The position numbers and the translations under genes were made by a program. 64,000 bases of DNA from assembly GCA_043228905.1 (NCBI GenBank), contig JBHGNT010000011.1, positions 2,108,001 to 2,172,000 of the forward strand. The letters are read 5' to 3'. The DNA comes from Azolla caroliniana. Taxonomy: Eukaryota; Plantae; Polypodiophyta. Shown here piece after piece: positions 35,901-47,260 of the stretch (position 1 is its first letter; each line of letters starts with the position of its first letter). The notes beneath the pieces are model-generated. The model was not told where the DNA came from. It did no database searches and saw nothing but the letters and a program-made list of their open reading frames with translations.

Positions 35901-36915
35901 TTATCACTGTGTGTTTGTCAAAAAGTATAATGAAGACGACTTCTTGATTCTCTTGCTATATGTAGATGACATGTTAGTGGTCGGACAAGACACCAAGAAG
36001 ATTTAGAGCTTGAAGAAAGCACTAGGCAAGTCGTTTTCCATGAAAGATCTTCGACCGGCAAAGCAAATCTTGGGGATGCACATAGTTCAAGACAAAACGA
36101 AGAATGTGTTATGGTTGTCACAAGAGAAGTATGTGACAAAGGTCTTGGAAAGATTTAACATGTCAGGAGCATAACCAATAGGGTCTGCATTGTCGGAAAA
36201 TTGCAAGTTGAATGCTAGGCAATGTTCGAAAAGCGAAAAGGACAAGCCTAATATGAAGAAAGTGCCATATGCCTCGGTTGTTGGAAGCCTAATGTATGAC
36301 ATGGTTTGTACAAGGCTGAACATAACATTTGCGGTTGGAACAGTAAGTCGATACATGAGTAATCCAGGAAGAAAACATTGGGCAGCTGTAAAATGGATAC
36401 TCAAGGGTATGCCTCAGGTATGGCTCTAGAAAACCTATCCTCGAAGGTTTTACAGATTCTGACATGTCAGGGGATGTAGACTCTAGTTGATCCACATCAA
36501 GTTATGTGATGACCTATGCAAGGAGAGCAGTGTCATGGCATTCGCGATTGCAAAAGGTTGTGGCTTTGTCGACCATAGAGGCAGAATATATGGTTGTAGT
36601 GGAGGCTAGAAAGCAGTTGATATGGATGAAGAGCTTTCTTAGTGAACTGGGAATGAAGCAAGAAAGATTCCTACTCCACTGTGATAATCAGAGTGTCATA
36701 CACTTAGCCAAGAACGTTGCCTACCACTCCCGTACCAAGCATATACAGAGAGGGTATCACTGGTTACGAGAGAAAGTGGATGAAGAAGAGTTCATCCTTG
36801 TGCATATCTATATTGATGATAATGGATCTGACATGCTCATGAAAAACCTACCTATGGACAAACTCAGAGCTTGTTGACAGAAGATAGGATTAGCTGACTC
36901 TCCCTACAGGAGTGA
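32958..36915 (+). pseudogene. Copia gag-pol of element E (many stops)
   Basis: ORF fragments 33125-33829, 33832-34050, 34063-34353, 34696-34995, 35470-35832, 36190-36429, 36506-36877. Confidence 0.9.
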
Positions 36916-36919
36916 ACGG

Positions 36920-36986
36920 TGTTAAGAGTCTATTACTAATGTAAATATTAGTGACCTACCCTCACCAACGTTATGTGTACATAATA
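36920..36986. mobile_element. 67-bp LTR-like micro-insertion in the PPT, TSD AACGG
   Basis: AACGG at 36915-36919 and 36987-36991; termini TGTTA...TAATA; removal restores gagtgaa.gggggagtttgttagg-like PPT/LTR junction. Confidence 0.65.
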
Positions 36987-37123
36987 AACGGGGAGTTTGT
37001 TAGGATCTTGTCCCTCTCCTAATGGGAGAAGTCGACAGCCGAATGGGAGAAATCGGCAATCGAATCTTGATCAATCGGCCGGATCAACTAGTAAGTCAAC
37101 TTGGGGGTCAATTGTATTGGATG

Positions 37124-37663
37124 TATCAAAGACACACCAACGCTAGACTATGACAAAGCACAGATGACGAGGTTACGACCGATAAGGTTACGAACGTGGA
37201 ACTCGACGTGATGAGGCTAGAAACTCAGGAAGTTGGGAGCGACGAGACGAGGAACTTAAGAAGTTGGGGAACAACACAAGAGCATAACACAAAGATGTAA
37301 ATAAAGGAGAGAAGATGGGGCGAAATGAGAATCCTAGATTGATGTGTCAATGACTGGCGTTGAATCCCTTGAAAGGGACCAAGGAGGTTACAAGTATTTA
37401 TACAAGTTCTGAGATTGAGTATCTCTTGAATATACCTAACAAATATATCTAGAATATACCTGTTTATAATACACCATAGAATATTTCTAGAATACACTAA
37501 AGGCTCTAGAATATTTTGGAATGTATATATACTAGAATATACAATACTTTATCATATATAAATATATACTTATATCGAGATGGTTGAGCATGACGTCTTG
37601 TAGATGTGAGGTTGTAGGTTCAATCCTCACTATTTACATATTTGATGTCATTGTGTCGTGACA
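37124..37663 (-). mobile_element. Solo LTR (gypsy-type, related to 11953 element), TSD GGATG
   Basis: GGATG at 37119-37123 and 37664-37668; minus-strand start TGTCACGACAC; TTCTAGAA-rich. Confidence 0.85.
37571..37635 (+). promoter_or_regulatory. tRNA-like cassette inside LTR
   Basis: TATCGAGATGGTTGAGCA (A-box/D-arm-like), acgtc-ttgta-gatgt hairpin, GAGGTTGTAGGTTCAATCC (variable loop + B-box). Confidence 0.6.
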
Positions 37664-37869
37664 GGATGGCATAGTTTTGTGAACTTGCCCCTACAAAGGG
37701 ATTCTTTGTGGTTTGAGTTTTATATATAGAAAGCTTGAGAGCTTCATAACCTACTGTTTGTACTCTTGAATCATAGTGAAAATATGTTGCCCTATGGTTT
37801 TCCCTATCTTTAGGGTATTGGAAAATCGGTCCCTCCTGATGGGATCCGGTTATGGATGAAGAGGACCCC

Positions 37870-38008
37870 GTGAGAACCGGAAGAGATCCGGAAACCGGAT
37901 CGGATGGACCTCGTGAGAACCGGAAGAGATCCGGAAACCGGATCGGATGGACCTCGTGAGAACCGGAAGAGATCCGGAAACCGGATCAAATGGACCTCGT
38001 GAGAACCG
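37870..38008 (+). repeat. 43-bp tandem repeats in 5' LTR of element F
   Basis: gtgagaaccggaagagatccggaaaccggatcggatggacctc x3; one unit in the 3' LTR. Confidence 0.9.
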
Positions 38009-38133
38009 AAAGAGAAGACATATTTGTAAATATGTTTTGAGTAAGCCTATTGAGGCTATATTTGTAAATAGCCTTAAGTTCATATAAGTATAAATATGAC
38101 TTAGGGCAAACACTGTGGTAATTATGTTGTAGC

Positions 38134-39072
38134 CATAGATTGACATATTCGCATTCGTGGGGGTTATCAAACAAATGCATACGAATACGCATAAGAATGC
38201 ATGAAAAATATTCGTTAAAAAGAAAAAGAAAAAAAAAGAGTTCATACTTTAAAAGTTTCTAATATATATATTATATAACAAAGAGACTTTCACATTAAAA
38301 AGGGGACTTGCATTAAATAACATTTTTATATAATAGATGGAAAAGTTAAAAGTTAAAATATTTTATTTTATTTTTAATAAATATAAAATAATAATAATAA
38401 TAAATAAAAGGTTCATTAATTCCCCACTTTTTACTCTCCCACAAAAATTGATATTTTTATTATTAAAACGGGACCTCATACTAATAATATTTTTATAATA
38501 TATAAAAAACTTAAATGTATTTATTTTATTTTTTAATAAAATAAAAGATAAATAAATATATGTAAATAAATAAAACACTCCCATAAATTTCATATTTTTA
38601 TCTCACATTAAAAATGGGAACTCACAATAATAATATTTTTATAATATATATAAAACTTAAATGTATATGTTTTATTTTTTAATAAAACAATATATATATA
38701 TGTAAAATAAATAGAATAAATAAAATATTCTCATAAAATTTCATATTTTTATCTCACGTTAAAAAAGGGACTTCACACCAATAATATTCCTATAATAGAT
38801 GAAAAACTTAAAAGTATTTGTTTTATTTTTAATAATAAATAAATAAAATGTTCATTACTTCCCCATTTTTTACTGTCTTGACATTAAAAAGGGGACCTTA
38901 GACTAGTAATATTTTTATATAGTAGATGTAAAAATATTTGTTTTTAAAATAATAAATAATAAATAAATAAACAAATGGTTTTGTAATATTCTTGGGGTCA
39001 TTTTGTATTCTCGAATTCTACGAATATTACAGATGTCAAATACAACGAATTTCACGCATGGGTCAATCTATG
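38134..39072. mobile_element. hAT-family MITE, 939 bp, AT-rich
   Basis: 11-bp TIR CATAGATTGAC/GTCAATCTATG; 8-bp TSD GTTGTAGC (38126-38133, 39073-39080); absent from the 3' LTR. Confidence 0.92.
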
Positions 39073-39441
39073 GTTGTAGCCATATTGTTGTATGTGCATA
39101 ACTGTTGTAAAGAGAGCGACAAAGAGAGAGAGTGTGTGTGTGAGATATAGAGTGATACTCTGTTGTAACCGCCGGTTGGCGAAGATAAAGAGCTCGAGGT
39201 CGTGGCCTCCGAGGCTTTGTTTGTACCTTTCTCATAATAATGATAGTTCGGAGTCTGTGGACTCCCGTGGTTTTTCCCACTTAGGGTTTTCCACGTAAAC
39301 ATCATGTGTATTTTCCTTGTGTACTCTCCATTTCCCGTTTCTGTGTTTGATTCTCATTGAAGTGATTCAAAACTCGGTTGTGGCCAAGCAATATTCCGTG
39401 CTTTTCTCATCAAACTGGTATCAGAGCGAACAACACAAGAA

Positions 39442-42400
39442 ATGGAAGAATCATTCGGCGGCATGTTCAAGTTCACTGGCTCCAACTACTCAGTGTGGAA
39501 GTCGAAGATGAGGGATATGCTGGTGGTTAAAGATCTTTGGTTGCCGGTTCAATTCAGGGACAAGAGACCGGATAAGATCTACGCCATAGTGTGGGAGGTG
39601 ATGCACATGAAGACGACGACATACATCCGTTGCTTCAACGACATGAGCCTATACAACAACTTCAATGAAGAGAGCAAGGCTCATGAACTCTGGGAGAAGA
39701 TCGGCATCATGTTCCAGAACAAGAATGTCGTTAATTGGGTTTCGGTATTCCGGAAGCTAGTGAGGCTCCGGTATGGTGGAGCACATGAATGCCTTACACG
39801 GGCTAATACACCAAGCAACCTCATTGGAAGTACCTCTCTCCGATGAGGTACTCGCATTACTCCTGCTTGGTTCTCTCCCGGATAGCTGGGAGACGTTAGT
39901 TGTCACGTTGGGCAACGCCGAGCCGGAAGGAAAATAGTTGTCCCTAGCAAGGGTAAAGTCAAGCTTGCTAGATGAAGAAGCTCACCGGAAGGACCGGGAT
40001 TCCAGAACCGATCCGAAGGCCTTGGTCACAGAAGATGACCATAACTAGGGAAGAGGCCGGTATCGGAGTCCCCAAAACTAGGACAAGTCGGGGACGAGGT
40101 TGAAGTCAAGGGGCAGGCCTACTTGCTTCTACTGTGGGAAGCTGGGGCATTTCCAGAAGAATTGTCGACATTTCCGAAAAGAGAAAGAAACCGGTGTTAG
40201 GAAACAAGTCCCTCCGGATGGGAACTAAAAAGGACAATGATGATGAGCAAACTCGGCCGAGGCCGAAACCGGATGTGGAGTACCCGGCTACGGAAGACCC
40301 GGTGAGAACCGGATGACGAGTACCCGGCAAGAGCCGGATGGTGAAGACCCGGTGAGAACCGGATGTGGAGTACCCGGCAACGGAAGACCCGGTGAGAACC
40401 GGATGACGTGTGGCCGGCAAGCGCCGGATGACGCAGGCCCGGTGATAAGTGCTCACCGGATGAAGGGACATATTCGTAAATATGTTTCTGAGAGTCCATC
40501 GGGGCTATATTTGTAAATAGCCGAAAAGTCATATTAGTATAAATATGACTTAGGGCAAACTTAGTACTGTTGTTGTCATTCTTGTTGGTGCAAGATTAGA
40601 GCGCGTCGTACAAAGAGAGGAAGAGAGAGGAAGAGGTCGTTGCCTCTGTTGTAACCGCCGCCTATGGCGAAGATAGCAAGCTTGAGGTCGTTGCTTCGGT
40701 TCTTTACTATTCTACATTCTGATATAGTGATAGTTTGTAGTCTGTGGGCTGTCGTGGTTTTTCCCTAGTTTGGGTTTTCCACGTTAACATCCTATGTACT
40801 CTTCTCTTCACTATGTCGTGCGTTCATTACCCGTTTTCTGTGTTTTTATCCTAGGCTCGGTTGTGGCCGAGTGTTGTTCATCGGAAGCGTGTGTTCCTGT
40901 CAACCGGCACTACCGATTCGAAGAAGGGTTCGAACCGAAACGGTTCGGACCGGAGAGGCCCGGATTGGAAACCATCCAAGTGCAGAGGAACTGATGCTCA
41001 TTACCAAGGAGAATGAGTTAAATCTTGTCGGCGACGAGACAACGTGGGTTGTCGATTCCGGAGCGTCGTTCCCCCTAACACCAGGTCGGAAATGTTTCTC
41101 ATCCTACATAGCCGGTGAACATGGTTGTGTCCAGATGGGGAATGAAGGTACATGCCGAATTATCGGCATAGGAGATGTGTTGTTGACGACATCAACCAAA
41201 TGCAAGTTGTTGTTGAAGGATGTCTGACACGTTCCGGAGGTTCGACTAAACCTGATATCAGCCGGTCGGCTAGATGATGAAGGCTACACGGGTAGCATTC
41301 GGAATGGAGTCATGAAGTTCTGCAAAGGGAGCCTAATAGTGGGTCAAGCCCAAAAGGTCAACACCCTGTACCTAATGAATGCCTGGATATGCCAAGAAGA
41401 CATGAACGTAGCATCAGACACTGTCGGTGAGATGTGCCACACGAAACTGTGTCACATGAGCCAGAAGGGGATGAGAAGACTTGCCAAAGACAACCTCATT
41501 CCGGAGGTGAAAGACGTGCATCTTGAGAAGTGCATTGATTGCTTGGCCGGCAAGCAAAACCGAACCTCCTTCCAGTCAAGGCCACCGATGAGACGGAATG
41601 CACTATTGGAGTTGGTGCATACCGATGTGTGTCAAGTGGACACAAAGTCACATGTCGGAGCGCAGTACTTCATGACATTCATAGATGACCACAACCAGAA
41701 GTTGTGGGTCTCACCATTAAAGACGAAGGATCAGGTGCTATCTGTCTTCAAGGAGCTCCACACGAGAGTGGAAAGAGAAATCGGCCGGAAGCTGAAGGCG
41801 ATTCGAGCAGACAACGAAGGAGAATACCGGGGGCAGTTCAAGGAGTACTGTTGGTCGAAGGGAATCCGGCTCAAATTTACCGTGCCGAAGACATCGGAAC
41901 TAAACGGGTTGGCTGAACGGATGAACCGGACCGTGATGGAGAGAGTCTGGAGCATGCTGACACATGCAAAGTTACCCAAGACGTTTTGGGCTGAGGCACT
42001 GATGATGGTGACCTATGTGATAAACATATCACCCTCAACACCCTTGGAAGGAGACTCACCGTAGAAAGTATGGACCGGTAAGGATGTATCTTACCGGCAT
42101 CTGAAGGTGTTCGGGTGTCTCGCTTACATGCATGTTGCGAAGGACAAGAGAGCAAAGCTGGATCCAAAGTCCCAGCCATGCATATTCCTTGGATACGGCG
42201 ATGATGAGTTCGGTTACCGGGTGTGGGATCTGGTTGACAAGAAGGTGTTCCGGAATTGGGACATGGTCTTCATGGAAGACAGGACCATTGCCGACTGGGA
42301 GTCAGAGAAGAAGAAGATGAACTCCGGATCATCCAATGAAAACCGGTTTGAGGACACAAGGACTTACCCAATTGAAAACCGGATGTTAACCGGTAACCGG

Positions 42401-44185
42401 ATGACACTCGACAAACTGGTCGGATACGGACAAGAAACTGAACCGACCGAAGAAGAAGAAGACACCGGAACCAGACAAGATCCCGAATCGGATTCGGATG
42501 AGAAACAAACGGAGGAACCGGTGGTCAGAAACCAGGGATGGAGATATCCTCTCTGAGAGAGAAGAGCCCCCGGGAGATTTCCGGATGTAGAGCATGTGTT
42601 GCTAACCGATGAGGGGGAGCCGGAAAGTTTTGAAGAAGAACAGAGAGACATCCACAGCCGCAAGTGGTTGAGTGCCATGCAAGACGAGATGGATTCCTTG
42701 CATGAGAACCACACGTATGAACTGACGGAGTTGCCGAAAGGGAAGAGAGCACTCCAGAACAAGTGGGTGTACAAGCTGAAACCGGGAGATGCCGGAAACC
42801 CGCCGAGATACAAAGCATGAATTGTAGTGAAGGGTTTCCTGCAGAAGAAAGGAGTGGATTTCGATGAGATCTTTGCCCCGATAGTAAAGATGACATCCAT
42901 CCGGACGGTATTGGGCATAGCGGCAAGCATGGACCTCGAGGTAGAGCAACTAGACGTCAAGACAACATTCCTACATGGCGACCTCGAAGAAGAAATCTAC
43001 ATGCATCAACTAGAAGGATTTGAGAAGAAAGGGAAGGAGCATCTGGTGTGTCGGCTGAAGAAGAGCCTATACAGACTGAAGCAAGCTCCCCAGCAATGGT
43101 ACCGAAAGTTCGACTCCTTCATGACCAACCAAGGGTACCACAAAATGCAAGCGGATCACTGCGTGTTTGTGAAGAAATTTGACGAAGGAGATTTCCTTAT
43201 ACTCATATATGTGGATGATATGTTGATCGTCGGATAAGACCAGGGCAAGATTCAGATGCTGAAGAAGGCTCTGAACCGGACTTTCGCAATGAAAGACTTG
43301 GGTCCGGCAAGACAGATATTGGGAATGCACATCATCCGGGACTGGTCGAAGAAGTTGTTGTGGTTGTCACAGGAGAAGTACGTGACAAAGGTGCTTCAAC
43401 GGTTCAACATGTTGGTGGCGAAACCGGTCGGATCGACACTTCCGGCAAACTACAAGCTATCCGGGAAACAAAGCCCGAGAACAAAGGCGGAGAAGACGGA
43501 TATGATGAAGATACCATATGCCTGTACCGTCGGGAGCTTGATGTACGCGATGGTATGTACCCGGCCGGATATCGAATATGCAGTCGGAGTGGTGAGCCGG
43601 TTCATGAGCAATCCCAGAAGAGAGCATTGGAACACGGTCAAGTGGATACTCCGATATTTGAAAGGCACCTCGAGTATGTGCCTCCGGTTCGGCTCCGATA
43701 ATCCCCAACTTGACGGATTCACGGATTTGGACATGTCGGCTAATGCAGATACCAACCGATCTACATCCGGATATGTCGTGACTTATGCAGGGGGAGCAGT
43801 GTCATGGCAGTCGAGGCTGCAGAAGACGGTTGCGTTGTTAACAACGGAGGGGGAGTACATGGTAGTTGTAGAAGCCGGCAAGGAGATAATCTGGATGAAG
43901 GACTTCATCGGAGAGCTAGGGATCCAACAGGAGGAATATCAACTCTACTGCGACAGTCAAAGTGCCATCCACCTTGCAAAGAATGCGGCCTACCATTCCC
44001 AGACGAAACATATCCAGCAAAGGTACCACTGGATTCGGGAGAGAGTAGAAGATCAAGAGTTCGTACTAACGAAGATTCACACAGAGGAGAATGGGTCGGA
44101 TATGTTGACCAAAGTGTTGACAACCGACAAGCTGGATGCATGTCGAAAGTGGATCGGACTGGCGAGACATCCCATGCCGGAGTGA
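39442..44185 (+). pseudogene. Copia gag-pol of element F
   Basis: ORFs 39442-39846, 40871-41227, 41312-42064, 42107-42556, 42827-43237 (YVDD), 43256-44185 (RNase H). Confidence 0.92.
40195..40902 (+). mobile_element. Copia solo LTR, TSD ACCGG
   Basis: ACCGG at 40190-40194 and 40903-40907; TGTTAGG...CCTGTCA. Confidence 0.9.
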
Positions 44186-45575
44186 AGGGGGAGATTGTTG
44201 GGAAATCGGCCCCTTTGGATGGGATCCGGTTATGGATGAAGAGGACCTGGTGAGAACCGGAAGAGATCTGGAAATTGGATCGGTGGACCCGGTGAGAACC
44301 GAAAGAGAAGACATATTTGTAAATATGTTTTGAGTAAGCCTATTGAGGCTATATTTGTAAATAGCCCTAAGTTCATATAAGTATAAATATGACTTAGGGC
44401 AATCATTGTGGTAATGTTATAGCCATATTGTTGTATGTGCATAACTGTTGTACAGAGTGTGTGTGAGATACAGAGTGATACTCTGTTGTAACCGCCAGTT
44501 GGCGAAGATACAGAGCTCGAGGTCATTGCCTCCGAGGCTCTGTTTGTACCTTTCTCATAATAGTGATAGTTCGAACTCCGTGAGCTCCCGTGGTTTTTCC
44601 CACTTAGGGTTTTCCACGTAAACATCCTGTGTATTTCCTTGTGTACTCTCCATTTCCCGTTTCTGTGTTTGATTCTCATTGAAGTGATTCAAGACTCGGT
44701 TGTGGCCGAGCAATATTCCGAGCTTTTCTCATCATAGGGTTTCCACGAAAAAGTTGTGTATTGTGTATTTTTGTTCTGTTTTCTGTTTTGTATATTTTAG
44801 TCTATCTTTCTTGTCTATCTACAGTCCTAAACCCAACACCTCCATTGTAGGCTAGAGGATCAGGTTCGCACTGGCCGACGATGATTGCCACTAGTTTGTA
44901 GCTCTCGATACCTACTTGCATTAAGTAGAAAGTAAGAGTGGATATGTACGTAGGCTCATATTCTTGAACTCGGTCGTGAGGTCATTCCCTATTTTCTTCT
45001 ATAGTCTTTCTGTAAAAATCTCTCCTAACTAATGGGAAAGTAGTTCTTTTTTTTTTTAAGAATTTAAAGAAAAAGTAGTGGGCAAGAAAAAATTAAAAGA
45101 GTAATTGTATGGTGGAGAAATAAAGTGTGCATGAATGGGGGAAAAGAGGAGCAAAGCAATGGTAAAATATATATATGTGAAAAATATGAATCACCCAAAT
45201 TAGACATGCAAGTAATTTAAGACACAATATTTTCTGTAAAGGGCAATGCATGGATGTACAAGGAGTGGATTAAAAAAAGATTTATGTTATATCATTTCTG
45301 TTCTCTCCTAAGTCATCTACGCTATCCATGTTTATTCTCTGTGTATAAGCAATAATCCTCTTCTAACAGTCTTATTTGATCCATATGCTCGCTTAATTAT
45401 ATGTATTTTCTTCCTATATCTCATGATATCATAGCTTCTGTCACTAATTAAACATATAGTATGAATTACAAGTGTCCTGCTACTCTTCTAGCTATGTGGG
45501 AATAGAATAAATCCTCATAGTTACTAGTATCGGAAAAATGTCACAACAAATTATCTCTCTCTCTCTCTCTCAAAT

Positions 45576-46620
45576 CATAGATGGAATGAATGTGCTGCAC
45601 GCCGCTTAGAGGCGGGTAAGCGAGCATACTATGCATTTGAGAACACATGCAATCTTAGAGATATAAAGTGTTGGGTCCTCAAGAAATATCTTTTCGACAC
45701 TTTGGTGACACCGGATCTTCTCTATGGGGTGGAAGTATGGGGCGGTAGCATCCCTAAATCTATGTGGAAAGAGTTTGAAAATGTCCAAAAACATTTTCTT
45801 ACAAAGTTTCTACAAGTTAAGAATCAAACGCCCTACACCCTCCTCCTTGAGATGGGATCGCTTCTCATTGAGATCACGGCCATGGAAGGGTTGTTGAATA
45901 CATGCTTAAGGTTCAAAAAGTTCCTTCACATCGACTTCCTAGAACTGCGTGGGAAGCAAGCAAAAAGATCCAAAAGACGCATAAAAGCAAAATTTTGTGT
46001 TTCGGTTGGATGCAAGATATAGAAAAATGGTTCGGTAGATGGGATGCGAGACACTTGCTTCATGATGCATCATTAGATTCCTCTGTAAATGAGGCCTTTT
46101 ATCAACGCCAATGTATCATGACATGGGACAAATGTGGAGGCTCGCGCTTCACACATTATACTACACATGTTGCACCTAACTACAAAACCATATTCTTTGC
46201 GGAACGGGGAAATCGTACACATCAATACATGTTAGAGCCCATTCCGTTATCTGCCATTCGAACCATTGCTTCCATGTGACTTAGCTCACATGGATTGCGA
46301 TGTGAAACAAGGCGTTGGGGCACAAGTGATGAGAGTGGTCGGCTATGCACACTTTGCCCTAAACAAGTTCGCGAGTCTGAGTATCACACTTTGATACAAT
46401 GCTCTACCTTTGATCATATTCGACCATGCTTTCCACATCTCTTCGACTGAGCCCAATCTTTGCATGAATTCCTCTCACAACCACAATGTGCACTCTCGAT
46501 TGCAACATTCATTGGTAAAGTTCTTGAACATCGAGTCACTACTCACTTTCACACATATCACGTGAAATGTAATATGTTTGGTCTCATAGGTCATATTTGA
46601 CCTCCGAAGACGATAATATA
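45576..46620 (+). mobile_element. 5'-truncated LINE (RTE/L2-like RT C-terminus and 3' UTR) between (CT)n tracts
   Basis: LFDTLVTPDLLYGVEVWG...; RLSSHGLRCET.RW; LCTLC...ESEYHTLIQC zinc motif; atctctc..ctcaaa on both sides. Confidence 0.75.
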
Positions 46621-46929
46621 ATCTCTCTCTCTCTCTCTCTCTCTCTCAAAATACTTATTCAAATGAAGAGAAAAACATGGCATGTTAAAATAGAGTTTCT
46701 CCATACCTTAGAAAAAGTAAATAAGTGTGGAAATTTTTGGAGAAATCTCAAAAGGAAAAGTGTTGAGAATTATTATAGCTCAACTCTAATGGATTTGTAT
46801 ATCCATTGTAAGAACTTATATAGGTGATTAAATGTTGGGAAAAATATGTGGTATGGTTTTCTTTCACACATGGCTTCCTTCTTTACCATTGAAGAAGTGG
46901 ACATAAGGCTTAAAATTGTGGCCACTACT

Positions 46930-47260
46930 AAGGTAGGAGATCGTCAAAGTATGAAGACAAAAATGCTCAAATGGCCAAGAAAGGATGCGCATGTTTAGAT
47001 AACTAATATGTTTTATTATGAAATTTGCAAGGTAGGAGGTCTTCAAAGTATAAAGACCAAAATTCTCAAATGGACGAGAAATGAAGCACATGTTTGGATA
47101 AGTAATATGTTTAATTCTGAATTTCACAATGTTGGAAGTCTTCAAAGTAAATGTTGAATATGTTTAATTGTGAATTTCACAAGTTAGGAAGGCCATAATG
47201 CTCAAATGGACAAAGGAAGCACATGTTTGTTTAAATAATATGTTTAACTGTAAATTGCAC
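46930..47260 (+). repeat. Degenerate ~100-bp tandem repeat
   Basis: aaggtaggag..cttcaaagta...ctcaaatgg...gcacatgttt...taatatgttt recurring about 3 times. Confidence 0.6.

Larger units (their letters stand above)
37816..44734 (+). mobile_element. Copia (Tork-like) element F, TSD TAGGG
   Basis: TAGGG at 37811-37815 and 44735-44739; LTRs 37816-39412 (with MITE) and 44196-44734; PBS tggtatcagagc 39416-39427; PPT gaagggggaga. Confidence 0.92.
32244..44838 (+). mobile_element. Copia (Tork-like) element E, TSD CCTCC; 3' LTR split by nested insertions
   Basis: CCTCC at 32239-32243 and 44839-44843; 5' LTR 32244-32930; PBS tggcatcagagc 32934; 3' LTR 36998-37123 + 37664-37815 + 44735-44838. Confidence 0.9.
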
